This document shows positions 56,031 through 64,000 of a DNA stretch of 64,000 nucleotides, one piece after another. Position numbers and translations under genes: made by a program. The first letter of the stretch is position 1, and each line of letters starts with the position of its first letter. The DNA is from a virus. Its lineage: Duplodnaviria > Heunggongvirae > Uroviricota > Caudoviricetes. The notes under the pieces were generated by a model that was not told the DNA's origin, searched no databases, and worked only from the letters and a program-made list of their open reading frames with translations. The stretch is from the IMG/VR virus record IMGVR_UViG_3300017707_001811, positions 101,573 to 165,572 of that record; one strand, 5' to 3'.

Positions 56031-56813
56031 TTGGAATGTTTATTGGATATCTTGCAACTAAACACATGTTTGAAAAAGAAAATGATTGAAAAATTAATTA
56101 AAAATAGAACTCCATATCTAGGTAAGATGATATTGAAGTTTGAGAAATACCCTCACTATACAAGTAGTCAGGATGGTAAATTAAATAAAGTTCACCTTAA
56201 TTTATGGTTTACCAAATTGGTTTCTAGATTCATACCAAGACAGGTAATGGAAGGTCAGACCAATGTTGACCCTGAAAAAGTTAAGTTAATTGAAAAATAT
56301 ACTGATGGAGTTATTGGAACTCACAAGTGGGGAAATAATGATGAGTATGTTTTGGAGGATTCATTCCTAACTAAAGACGGAAAATATATAGGTAATATTG
56401 ATACTGCTTGGTGGTATTTTAAAAACGGAATGACCGTTTGTGAAGAGTATCCACACGGAGTTGCTATTGTTTGGAATACCGCGAACTCTGATAAAACATT
56501 GATGAGTGGACAAGATGGGATTAAAGGTTATTATGGTTATTCACATCGTGGAGGAGCTTTATTAACAATCGGGGATAGAATTTTTGATAAGGAGTATAAT
56601 CCTGTTGTTGAAGATTACGATAATAAGGAGTTTAAAAAGTGGTGGAAAAAATACGCCAAGTCATATAAAAAGGGTGACGATTTTGATAGAAAACACATTT
56701 ATAATGATGGAATTAAATCAGTAATACCATTTAATAAACGAGGAAAACATATTATTAAAAATTGGTCAGACGCAATGAATTCGGCAATAAACGTGTCAAA
56801 ATATTTAGGATAA
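56031..56813 (+). CDS. hypothetical protein
   Basis: ORF only. Confidence 0.4.
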   Translation: MECLLDILQLNTCLKKKMIEKLIKNRTPYLGKMILKFEKYPHYTSSQDGKLNKVHLNLWFTKLVSRFIPRQVMEGQTNVDPEKVKLIEKYTDGVIGTHKWGNNDEYVLEDSFLTKDGKYIGNIDTAWWYFKNGMTVCEEYPHGVAIVWNTANSDKTLMSGQDGIKGYYGYSHRGGALLTIGDRIFDKEYNPVVEDYDNKEFKKWWKKYAKSYKKGDDFDRKHIYNDGIKSVIPFNKRGKHIIKNWSDAMNSAINVSKYLG

Positions 56814-56954
56814 CATGAAAATAATACCATTCTTTAACTTAACTTGGACTGAGGACTTTAAACAAATTGCCATAGTCCCAACAATATTCCTAACTAAGAG
56901 TTATGGAAATAGATACAATTTTGGAATTAATTTTTTATGTTTTGATTTTGGACT

Positions 56955-57353
56955 ATGGATACTAATAAGAAAATAAACATTATTGAAGATTTAAGTAGGT
57001 ATGAAGATTATCTTACTGTTGGAAAATTAAAGAAGTTTTTGGAAGAACATCCTGAACTACCTGACGACGCAAATGTTTTAATCCAAAGGGTCGAAGATAG
57101 GTATTATGAAGAACATGGATGGGGTGTTGTTTTGAAGGAAGGTGACCATTATCACATGTATAAAGAACAGAACTATCGGATGAATGAGGAGATTAAAAGA
57201 AGAAAGAACGGAGAACACCCAAAGTATGAAATGGAAGACCCATCAAAATTCATAGTTGAATTGGATGACTCAATGAAAGACCAATACCATCCAGGATGGT
57301 GTTGTTTAAAATATAAAGATGATAACAATTTATATATTGATTTACATTATTAG
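56955..57353 (+). CDS. hypothetical protein
   Basis: ORF only. Confidence 0.35.
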   Translation: MDTNKKINIIEDLSRYEDYLTVGKLKKFLEEHPELPDDANVLIQRVEDRYYEEHGWGVVLKEGDHYHMYKEQNYRMNEEIKRRKNGEHPKYEMEDPSKFIVELDDSMKDQYHPGWCCLKYKDDNNLYIDLHY

Positions 57354-57356
57354 ACA

Positions 57357-57689
57357 ATGGCAACACTAGAAACACAATACTGGAACTTTCTAGAAAAGAA
57401 TCCTAAATCTACGTTCACATTTGAGGAGTGGAAACAAAAATGGGCGGATGATATGAAACCATCATTTGATAAATTAAACAATCCATCAGTTGAATGGAAA
57501 TTATATCAGAACTACGTAAATACTTTCATAGGACACGAAGATATCCCAAGTTTTGAATGGTTCAAACACGAATTGGAAAATAACAAAGAGTTCAGTGAGA
57601 GGTATGGTGAAACAGATTCCATATATTGTCCTGTATGTTCGGGATGTGTGATAATTGAAACTGAATCGGAGATTAAGATTATAAGATGA
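57357..57689 (+). CDS. hypothetical protein, paralogue of 58020..58391
   Basis: MATLETQYWNFLEKNPKSTFTFEEWKQKW versus MATLESQYWKFLEDNPGSTLTFEEWNVEL. Confidence 0.4.
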   Translation: MATLETQYWNFLEKNPKSTFTFEEWKQKWADDMKPSFDKLNNPSVEWKLYQNYVNTFIGHEDIPSFEWFKHELENNKEFSERYGETDSIYCPVCSGCVIIETESEIKIIR

Positions 57690-58048
57690 ATAGAGTTTTT
57701 TTAATTGATATTGACGGGACAATATGTGATGATATAAAAAATGAGGAGTCACATTTATACCCAACGGCAAAGTGTTATCCTGACGCATTACGGATAATCA
57801 ATAAGTGGTATGATGAAGGAAACGTCATAACATTTTTCACCGCACGTGAGAGTAAAGATAGGGATGTTACTGAAACTTGGTTGGGTGATAATGGATTTAA
57901 ATATCACGGATTGGTTATGGATAAACCAAGAATTAAAGATGGTCAGGAATATATTTGGATTGACAATCGTAAGGTGAGAGCGGTTACTTATTTGGGTAAC
58001 TGGACGGAACTAAAAGAAATTGAAACTAAAATACAAGTTTTTGAATAA
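57686..58048 (+). CDS. small HAD-like hydrolase
   Basis: FLIDIDGTICDD motif I. Confidence 0.5.
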   Translation: MNRVFLIDIDGTICDDIKNEESHLYPTAKCYPDALRIINKWYDEGNVITFFTARESKDRDVTETWLGDNGFKYHGLVMDKPRIKDGQEYIWIDNRKVRAVTYLGNWTELKEIETKIQVFE

Positions 58049-58391
58049 TATGGCAACACTTGAATCACAGTATTGGAAGTTTTTGGAAGACAACCCTGGC
58101 TCAACTCTTACCTTTGAAGAGTGGAATGTTGAATTGGCTAAACGAATTAAAATGGGTTTTGAAAACAGGAAAAATAATTTAGATGAACAACTTGAAGAGT
58201 TTGAAATGGTTCGTTATAGAATGGAGAATGAAGGTTTCCACTATTGTTTTAAACATTACTCATCATTCAAAGAAGTTGAGGATGAAAAGTTCCACGAACT
58301 GAGGAGAAAGTATTTGGAGATATCTCACGAGCTTGAGGAGTATGTCCATTCAAAGATTAATACATTGAGAGATGAAATAGAAGAATTATGA
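58020..58391 (+). CDS. hypothetical protein, paralogue of 57357..57689
   Basis: Shared N-terminal 28 aa. Confidence 0.4.
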   Translation: MKLKYKFLNNMATLESQYWKFLEDNPGSTLTFEEWNVELAKRIKMGFENRKNNLDEQLEEFEMVRYRMENEGFHYCFKHYSSFKEVEDEKFHELRRKYLEISHELEEYVHSKINTLRDEIEEL

Positions 58392-58583
58392 TAAAACAAG
58401 ATTATGAATAAGGAAATCAAAAAAGGCAATCTTAACTACGACCAATCAGGTAGAGCATATCCTGATAACCCAAGAATAAAAGAAAATTGGGATTGTATTT
58501 GGGAAAATGATGGTAAATACTACAAGTTAGTTGGTGATAATGAGCATAAAGAATGGGAAGAAATAGAAAACCAATAAAAAGTT

Positions 58584-58877
58584 ATGAATAAAGAAAAAAT
58601 TATTTTAATTCATTATATCAATGTAAGTAATATTGATAGTAATGATGTGTCAAAAATGATAGAAGAAGTTATTAACAAATTCTCTCCAAAGGAAGAAGAT
58701 AATATAATTTCATATTGGATACCAGTTAGAGAAGGTGAAACAAGAGTAGAATGTATAAATCCTAAACTTGTATCAGAAGAAGATTTCACGGAAGCGAAAC
58801 GAGTATTAGATAGAAATCAGGAAATTGTAAATGATATTATTAATTGGAAAAACAAAACAATAGAAAGTTATGAGTAA
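58584..58877 (+). CDS. hypothetical protein
   Basis: ORF only. Confidence 0.35.
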   Translation: MNKEKIILIHYINVSNIDSNDVSKMIEEVINKFSPKEEDNIISYWIPVREGETRVECINPKLVSEEDFTEAKRVLDRNQEIVNDIINWKNKTIESYE

Positions 58878-58974
58878 AAGAAATATAATCCAAATAGATT
58901 TAAGTGGTTGTAAAAACTGGAAAGAGTGTGAAAGAACAATTGCACTAATTACAACGATAAAACAATAGAAAGTT

Positions 58975-60111
58975 ATGAGTAACACATTAGATAAAACATA
59001 CACAGACCTACTTCAAGACATTCTTGATAACGGAGTAGAAAAGAAAGACAGAACAGGTACTGGTACCTTATCAGTATTCGGAAGACAAATCAGACATAAG
59101 ATGTCAGAAGGGTTTCCACTTCTAACAACCAAAAAGATGCCATTCAAAACAATCACTACAGAATTGTTATGGTTCCTAAGAGGTGATACCAACATCAAAT
59201 ATCTTGTTGACAATAATTGCCATATTTGGGATGGTGATGCTTATAAGAATTATTGTAAAAATGTGATAGTAGATGAAGATGTTTTAAGTGTTTATTCAAC
59301 TAAAGATGGAAATGTTTCACATTTATTTACTGATAAAGTTTTAACGCAAGAAGAATTCATCAACAAAATCAAAACAGATGATGAGTTTGCTAAGAAGTGG
59401 GGTGAATTAGGTCCCGTGTATGGTAAGCAATGGAGAAGTTGGGGAGGTGAATTTTCATTACATATTGGATTAGAACGGGATGGAAGTCAAGATAAAATAA
59501 ATTTTAAACCAGGTATAGACCAAATCGCAAACTCAATCAATCTACTTAAAACAGACCCAGACTCAAGACGTAATAAAGTTAATGCTTGGAATGTAGGTGA
59601 GTTGGATTCTATGGTCTTGCCACCTTGTCATACAGATTTTCAATTTTATACAAGAGAGTTGAGTTTAGAAGAGAGGTTATCTTTATGGGATAAAAGATTT
59701 GGGTTTGCAAATGAAGAACAACAAAATCAATTCAATCCCGATGTACATTTAGATACACATGGAATACCTAAACGAGCAATCTCTTTAATGTGGAATCAAC
59801 GTTCAGTAGATACATTCTTAGGTTTACCATTCAACATTGCTAGTTATGGGTTGTTATTAGAAATCATTGCCAAAGAAGTTAATATGGTTCCTGATGAGTT
59901 GATTGGTAATTTGGGTGATACTCACTTATATCTTAATCATATTGAACAGGCAAAAGAACAAATTGGAAGAGAACCTTATGATTTGCCTAAATTAGGTGTG
60001 GATTATAGAGAGGGTGAATATAATAAAAATTTAAAAGACTTTGTACCTGATGATTTTTATTTAATAGATTACCAATCACACCCAACTATTAAGGCCCCAC
60101 TATCCAATTAA
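58975..60111 (+). CDS. thyA: thymidylate-synthase-family enzyme (ThyA or pyrimidine hydroxymethylase) with insertions
   Basis: GTGTLSVFGRQIRH, FPLLTTKKMPFKTITTELLWFLRGDTN, LGPVYGKQWRSW, MVLPPCHTDFQFY, LGDTHLYLNH; 378 aa versus about 264 for canonical ThyA. Confidence 0.8.
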   Translation: MSNTLDKTYTDLLQDILDNGVEKKDRTGTGTLSVFGRQIRHKMSEGFPLLTTKKMPFKTITTELLWFLRGDTNIKYLVDNNCHIWDGDAYKNYCKNVIVDEDVLSVYSTKDGNVSHLFTDKVLTQEEFINKIKTDDEFAKKWGELGPVYGKQWRSWGGEFSLHIGLERDGSQDKINFKPGIDQIANSINLLKTDPDSRRNKVNAWNVGELDSMVLPPCHTDFQFYTRELSLEERLSLWDKRFGFANEEQQNQFNPDVHLDTHGIPKRAISLMWNQRSVDTFLGLPFNIASYGLLLEIIAKEVNMVPDELIGNLGDTHLYLNHIEQAKEQIGREPYDLPKLGVDYREGEYNKNLKDFVPDDFYLIDYQSHPTIKAPLSN

Positions 60112-60117
60112 TCCACT

Positions 60118-60576
60118 ATGATGGAAGATGACCTGTGGTGTAATTATTCTGACCTACCAAGTGTAATGAGTTACGAACAACCAAAAAAGAAATATCCCGA
60201 CAATGTTGTATGGAGTGAAGAGCGTGGTTATTATGCTCATCTTCTTCCATATGCAACAAACATTGGGGCACCAGTTATAATACCTGACAATGTATCAACT
60301 TGGAAGAATGAAAAGATTTTAAAAACCAATCATTACTTCAATAAAAAATACGAGGAGATAAAAGAACAATATGAAAAACTACTTCAGGAATTTGAGTGGA
60401 ATAGTATTGTATATAATGCGACATATAATTTTCAACCAGTTATTGGACAAGAATATTATTTGTATCGTAGAAAAAGTGGAGAGTATTTCTTATCATTAAT
60501 CAAACCAACCGAGTGGAAAGAAAACCACATTGGAACATTTGAATTGGATTCAGATAATAAGTGGAAAAAAATATAG
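60118..60576 (+). CDS. hypothetical protein
   Basis: ORF only. Confidence 0.4.
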   Translation: MMEDDLWCNYSDLPSVMSYEQPKKKYPDNVVWSEERGYYAHLLPYATNIGAPVIIPDNVSTWKNEKILKTNHYFNKKYEEIKEQYEKLLQEFEWNSIVYNATYNFQPVIGQEYYLYRRKSGEYFLSLIKPTEWKENHIGTFELDSDNKWKKI

Positions 60577-60771
60577 AATTATGGAGAAATTAATAGGTAG
60601 TTATGATTACTTGAAAGTTAGAGAGTCTATAAAAAATATTGAATTACTAACTAAACAATTCAAAAAAAATAGAATAAAGACTGACGAGTATATTATTAAA
60701 GTAAACGAAAATTTATATAATCTAACCAATCAGAGAGACTACATTGGTTATTTAAAAAATATAGGACAATT

Positions 60772-61107
60772 ATGAAAAGAATTATATTTTTATTATTTTT
60801 TATAGTACCATTTAAATTATTATCTCAGTCAGATTCGTTATATATACCTAACGCATTTTCGCCAAATAATGATGGGGATAACGACTATGTTAAAGTTTAT
60901 AGTGATGAGGTTTTTTCAAAATTTAATTTTGAGATATATTCAAATTATGGTGAATTAGTATTTAAAACTAATAATCAGTATGAAGTTTGGATGGGAGGTG
61001 ATTTTTATTATTCTGGTCCTACAGTATTCCAATATAAAATTGAATATACTATAGAAAATAAATTTGATAGTCAAGTTAAATTTGGTCATATAGTTTTAAT
61101 AAGATAA
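60772..61107 (+). CDS. small secreted protein consisting of signal peptide plus type-B T9SS C-terminal domain
   Basis: LYIPNAFSPNNDGDNDYVKV...KFGHIVLIR. Confidence 0.6.
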   Translation: MKRIIFLLFFIVPFKLLSQSDSLYIPNAFSPNNDGDNDYVKVYSDEVFSKFNFEIYSNYGELVFKTNNQYEVWMGGDFYYSGPTVFQYKIEYTIENKFDSQVKFGHIVLIR

Positions 61108-61110
61108 ATT

Positions 61111-61305
61111 ATGAATGAATTTGAAAAAATGATAGTTGAGATTGAATTTGCGGTCGGACAAATTGATTATGACAATGGGGACATATCCGATATAGGAAAT
61201 GAGATTGGGTATGCTATTGGTAGATTTATTAAAAATGATGAAGACATTAATGATTTTATTACGGGTTTAAAACATGGGGTTTCGTTAAGAAATGGCACAC
61301 ATTAA
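61111..61305 (+). CDS. hypothetical small protein
   Basis: ORF only. Confidence 0.3.
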   Translation: MNEFEKMIVEIEFAVGQIDYDNGDISDIGNEIGYAIGRFIKNDEDINDFITGLKHGVSLRNGTH

Positions 61306-62443
61306 AAAAATCATAATTTTACTCTTATTAATTTTTCCTAATTTAACGTTTTCACAATGTTTGAACTCTAATTTTGAACTTGGAAACTTTACAAATTGGT
61401 CAGGTAGACGAGGTACATGTTGTCCTATAAATTTACCAACAAATGGTATTTTGAACGGAAGACAAACCATTATGACACAAGGAATTGACCCACACAGTTG
61501 TGGTGGATTAAATATGGTGTACCAGGGTAATTTCTCCGCTAGACTTGGTAACGATGCGGTTGGAGCAAGAGCTGAAGGTCTTTATTATCAGTTTACAGTT
61601 AGCCCAAATTCTACGTTAATTCAATATGCTTATGCTGTTGTATTACAAGACCCAGGTCATAATGATGGAGACCAACCAAGGTTTCAATCTAGAGTTAGAT
61701 TACAAAATGGAAATGTAATTCCGTGTACCGAATACATGGTTACCGCAGGACCCAACTTAAGCGGGTATAATTATTGTACTGAGATTGATTCCCAAGGAAA
61801 CTTAGTACAAGTTGCTTGGAGTGATTGGAGAGTTATTACATTAGATTTATCAGGTTATATCGGACAAGTTGTAACACTAGAGTTTGAAACAGGTGATTGT
61901 GAATTAGGTGCTCACTATGGTTACGCATATATTGACGCAATTTCTTGCGGACCAATTGAAACACAAGTTAGTTATTGTTTAGATAGTGATTCTATTCTTG
62001 TTGAAGGTCCTGAAGGATTTGCAACATATGAATGGGTACCAACTGGTGACACAACAAGAGTAATTACTATAGGACCACAGGATTATGATACCCTTTGGTG
62101 TAATGTGACCACAGTAACAGGATGTGAATTACAATTAGAAGTTTTATTAAATCCTGTTGGAGTTTTAGCTGAAATAATATGTGATAATACCTGTATTGGT
62201 GATACTGTGTATTTTACTAATTTAACTCCATTAATTAATGGATATAATTTATTATTTTATTGGGATTTTGGTGATGGGCAAAATTCTATTGAATATTCAC
62301 CATCACATTTTTATGAATTACCTGGTGCATATATTGTTACATTAACTGTTGAGGTTGAAGGTACTAATTGTACTGATATAACATATTGTGAAGTTATTAT
62401 TTATGAGGAACCAATTCCTATTAATGAAATAGAACACGACTAA
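61292..62443 (+). CDS. secreted Cys/Gly-rich protein
   Basis: Signal peptide MAHIKKIIILLLLIFPNLTFSQC; C-terminus ...PINEIEHD resembles the ...LDNISHD end of 28381..28935. Confidence 0.45.
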   Translation: MAHIKKIIILLLLIFPNLTFSQCLNSNFELGNFTNWSGRRGTCCPINLPTNGILNGRQTIMTQGIDPHSCGGLNMVYQGNFSARLGNDAVGARAEGLYYQFTVSPNSTLIQYAYAVVLQDPGHNDGDQPRFQSRVRLQNGNVIPCTEYMVTAGPNLSGYNYCTEIDSQGNLVQVAWSDWRVITLDLSGYIGQVVTLEFETGDCELGAHYGYAYIDAISCGPIETQVSYCLDSDSILVEGPEGFATYEWVPTGDTTRVITIGPQDYDTLWCNVTTVTGCELQLEVLLNPVGVLAEIICDNTCIGDTVYFTNLTPLINGYNLLFYWDFGDGQNSIEYSPSHFYELPGAYIVTLTVEVEGTNCTDITYCEVIIYEEPIPINEIEHD

Positions 62444-62529
62444 CATGTAAATTACGTAGACATAAATAAAAATATTAATTTGAAATATTATAAAATTACT
62501 GGTATTTATGAATGTAAGTTGAGAATGTT

Positions 62530-63111
62530 ATGAGGTTAGTTTTAATATTTTATTTCATATTTTTACATTTAACATCCCTCGGACAACTGAGGGATTCTGT
62601 TTATATAAGGACTTCTATTTTTGATGTTGTTTATTCTGAAATATTACAACAACCAAAGTGGATAGAATATAATATAAGGTGTAGTGAAGGACAAATATCC
62701 AGAAAAGGTCTTGATTTTTATACTTGCGACAGTATAGTAACCTCAGATTCAAAAGACTATGAAAATAATGAATGGGATAAAGGACATTTAGCCCCTGCCG
62801 CAGACTTTAACTGCGATAAAGATTTATTAAAAATAACTTTTTCTTATTTAAATTGTGTTTTACAACATGAAAAATTAAACAGAGGTGTATGGAAAAACTT
62901 AGAATTTTACGAACGAGAAATATCTAAAAAATACTCAGTTTATGTTGAGATAAGAGTTATATATAGTAAAAAATCAAAAAAATTACCCTCAGGGGCTACA
63001 GTACCTGACGGATTTTATAAAATAATATATTATAATAATAGTAAAGAAAAATATTATTTTCCAAACAGTATACCAATACATTCAGATTATACAAAATACA
63101 GAGTGAACTGA
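62530..63111 (+). CDS. secreted DNA/RNA non-specific endonuclease (His-Me finger)
   Basis: Signal peptide; WDKGHLAPAADF (DRGH-type active site). Confidence 0.65.
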   Translation: MRLVLIFYFIFLHLTSLGQLRDSVYIRTSIFDVVYSEILQQPKWIEYNIRCSEGQISRKGLDFYTCDSIVTSDSKDYENNEWDKGHLAPAADFNCDKDLLKITFSYLNCVLQHEKLNRGVWKNLEFYEREISKKYSVYVEIRVIYSKKSKKLPSGATVPDGFYKIIYYNNSKEKYYFPNSIPIHSDYTKYRVN

Positions 63112-63159
63112 CCTATGCTCTCTGTTATTAATAAACATATTTATATTTTTTAAAAAAAA

Positions 63160-64000
63160 ATGAAAAAATTATTTTTTCTATTAACTTTTTGTTTCTCTTT
63201 CATTTTTGGATATGGCCAATATGATTTATCCAAAAATGTAGACAAACAAGTCATAGTGGTTCCAAAAAAAGGAATGGAGTCACTAACAGAATCATTTATT
63301 GAAGGTAACTTTGCTAAAATAGTTGCCGAATTTGACCAACTAGGTTGGTATGTAGTTTTATTACCTGATAATTTAACTCAGGATAGATTTTTAGAAATCT
63401 GTAAAGATTTCAGTTTTATTAAAAATGTGTGGAAAGATGAGGAAATGGAGATGAAATTGGATTACATCCCAAACGACACTGAATTTTCATCTTGCTGGCA
63501 TTTAAAACAATCAACTGATAAAGACATTGATGCTGACGAAGCTTGGGATTTAGTTCCTTCAGATAATCCATATGTAAGTGTTGCAATGTTTGATGGGGGA
63601 CTTGATTTAACTATACCTGATTTAGGTCAAAACGTTGTAAATCCATTTAATGCGGTTAACAGTACCACATCAATCCCATATGTGAATGCTGAAGATAAAC
63701 ACGGTACAACATGTAGTGGAACAATCGCCGCAATCACTAACAACGGATTAGGTGTTAGTAGTGTTGGTAACAACAAAGTTAAAGTAATGCCTGTAAATAT
63801 TATGTCTAATGTTTACGCTGGAGGTAGTTTTGCGACAACTGCGGTAATCCAAATAAACGCAGTAAACGCGGCTATGGCTAACCCAAATTGTGTGGCAATT
63901 GCGATGTCATATGGAGGTTCATCATATTCAGCAGCTCTTGAAGCGGCGTTTGAATCTGCAAGAACGACAGCAAGAGAAGGTAAAGGTATGGTTGTTGTCG
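63160..64000 (+). CDS. secreted subtilisin-like (S8) serine protease, 3'-partial at window end
   Basis: Signal peptide; Asp motif VAMFDGGLD; His motif HGTTCSGTIAA. Confidence 0.65.
   Translation, partial: MKKLFFLLTFCFSFIFGYGQYDLSKNVDKQVIVVPKKGMESLTESFIEGNFAKIVAEFDQLGWYVVLLPDNLTQDRFLEICKDFSFIKNVWKDEEMEMKLDYIPNDTEFSSCWHLKQSTDKDIDADEAWDLVPSDNPYVSVAMFDGGLDLTIPDLGQNVVNPFNAVNSTTSIPYVNAEDKHGTTCSGTIAAITNNGLGVSSVGNNKVKVMPVNIMSNVYAGGSFATTAVIQINAVNAAMANPNCVAIAMSYGGSSYSAALEAAFESARTTAREGKGMVVV

Noticed and set aside
1-64000. CRISPR arrays, IS elements/transposases and integrase/att sites.
   Set aside because: No regularly spaced direct repeats, no transposase or integrase motifs, and no tRNA-flanking direct repeats consistent with an integration site were seen.

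Overview
AT-rich (about one-third GC), densely coding window with mostly one orientation of short genes, typical of a large virulent phage or phage-like element. The host is probably in Bacteroidetes (Flavobacteriia/Cytophagia). Two observations support that: most plus-strand genes are preceded by the Bacteroidetes sigma-A -7 box TAnnTTTG (often with a TTTG -33 box), and several secreted proteins carry type-B T9SS C-terminal sorting domains (ending ...GH[IV][VT]LIR). Recognisable products include DnaK/Hsp70, thymidylate-synthase-family enzyme, GH24 endolysin, lytic transglycosylase, DNA methyltransferase, two HNH endonucleases, DUF3310, thioredoxin and glutaredoxin, NusG, methylglyoxal synthase, GMP-reductase-like, CCA-adding-enzyme head domain, Rnl2-type RNA ligase, a P-loop kinase, two metallophosphoesterases, HD and CYTH domain proteins, a secreted nuclease, a subtilase and a Ro60 (TROVE+vWA) orthologue. 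About 28 tRNA or tRNA-like genes sit in five clusters, several non-canonical. Several ORF-free, GC-richer, promoter-driven and terminator-bounded regions look like structured ncRNAs. The most interesting locus is the Ro60 orthologue together with a family of three tRNA-mimicking elements that share a 5' ACTCAGGTGGCG / 3' CCYTGAST closing helix (Y-RNA-like), one of them immediately downstream of the Ro60 gene. All calls are by eye from sequence and ORF translations; no searches were run.
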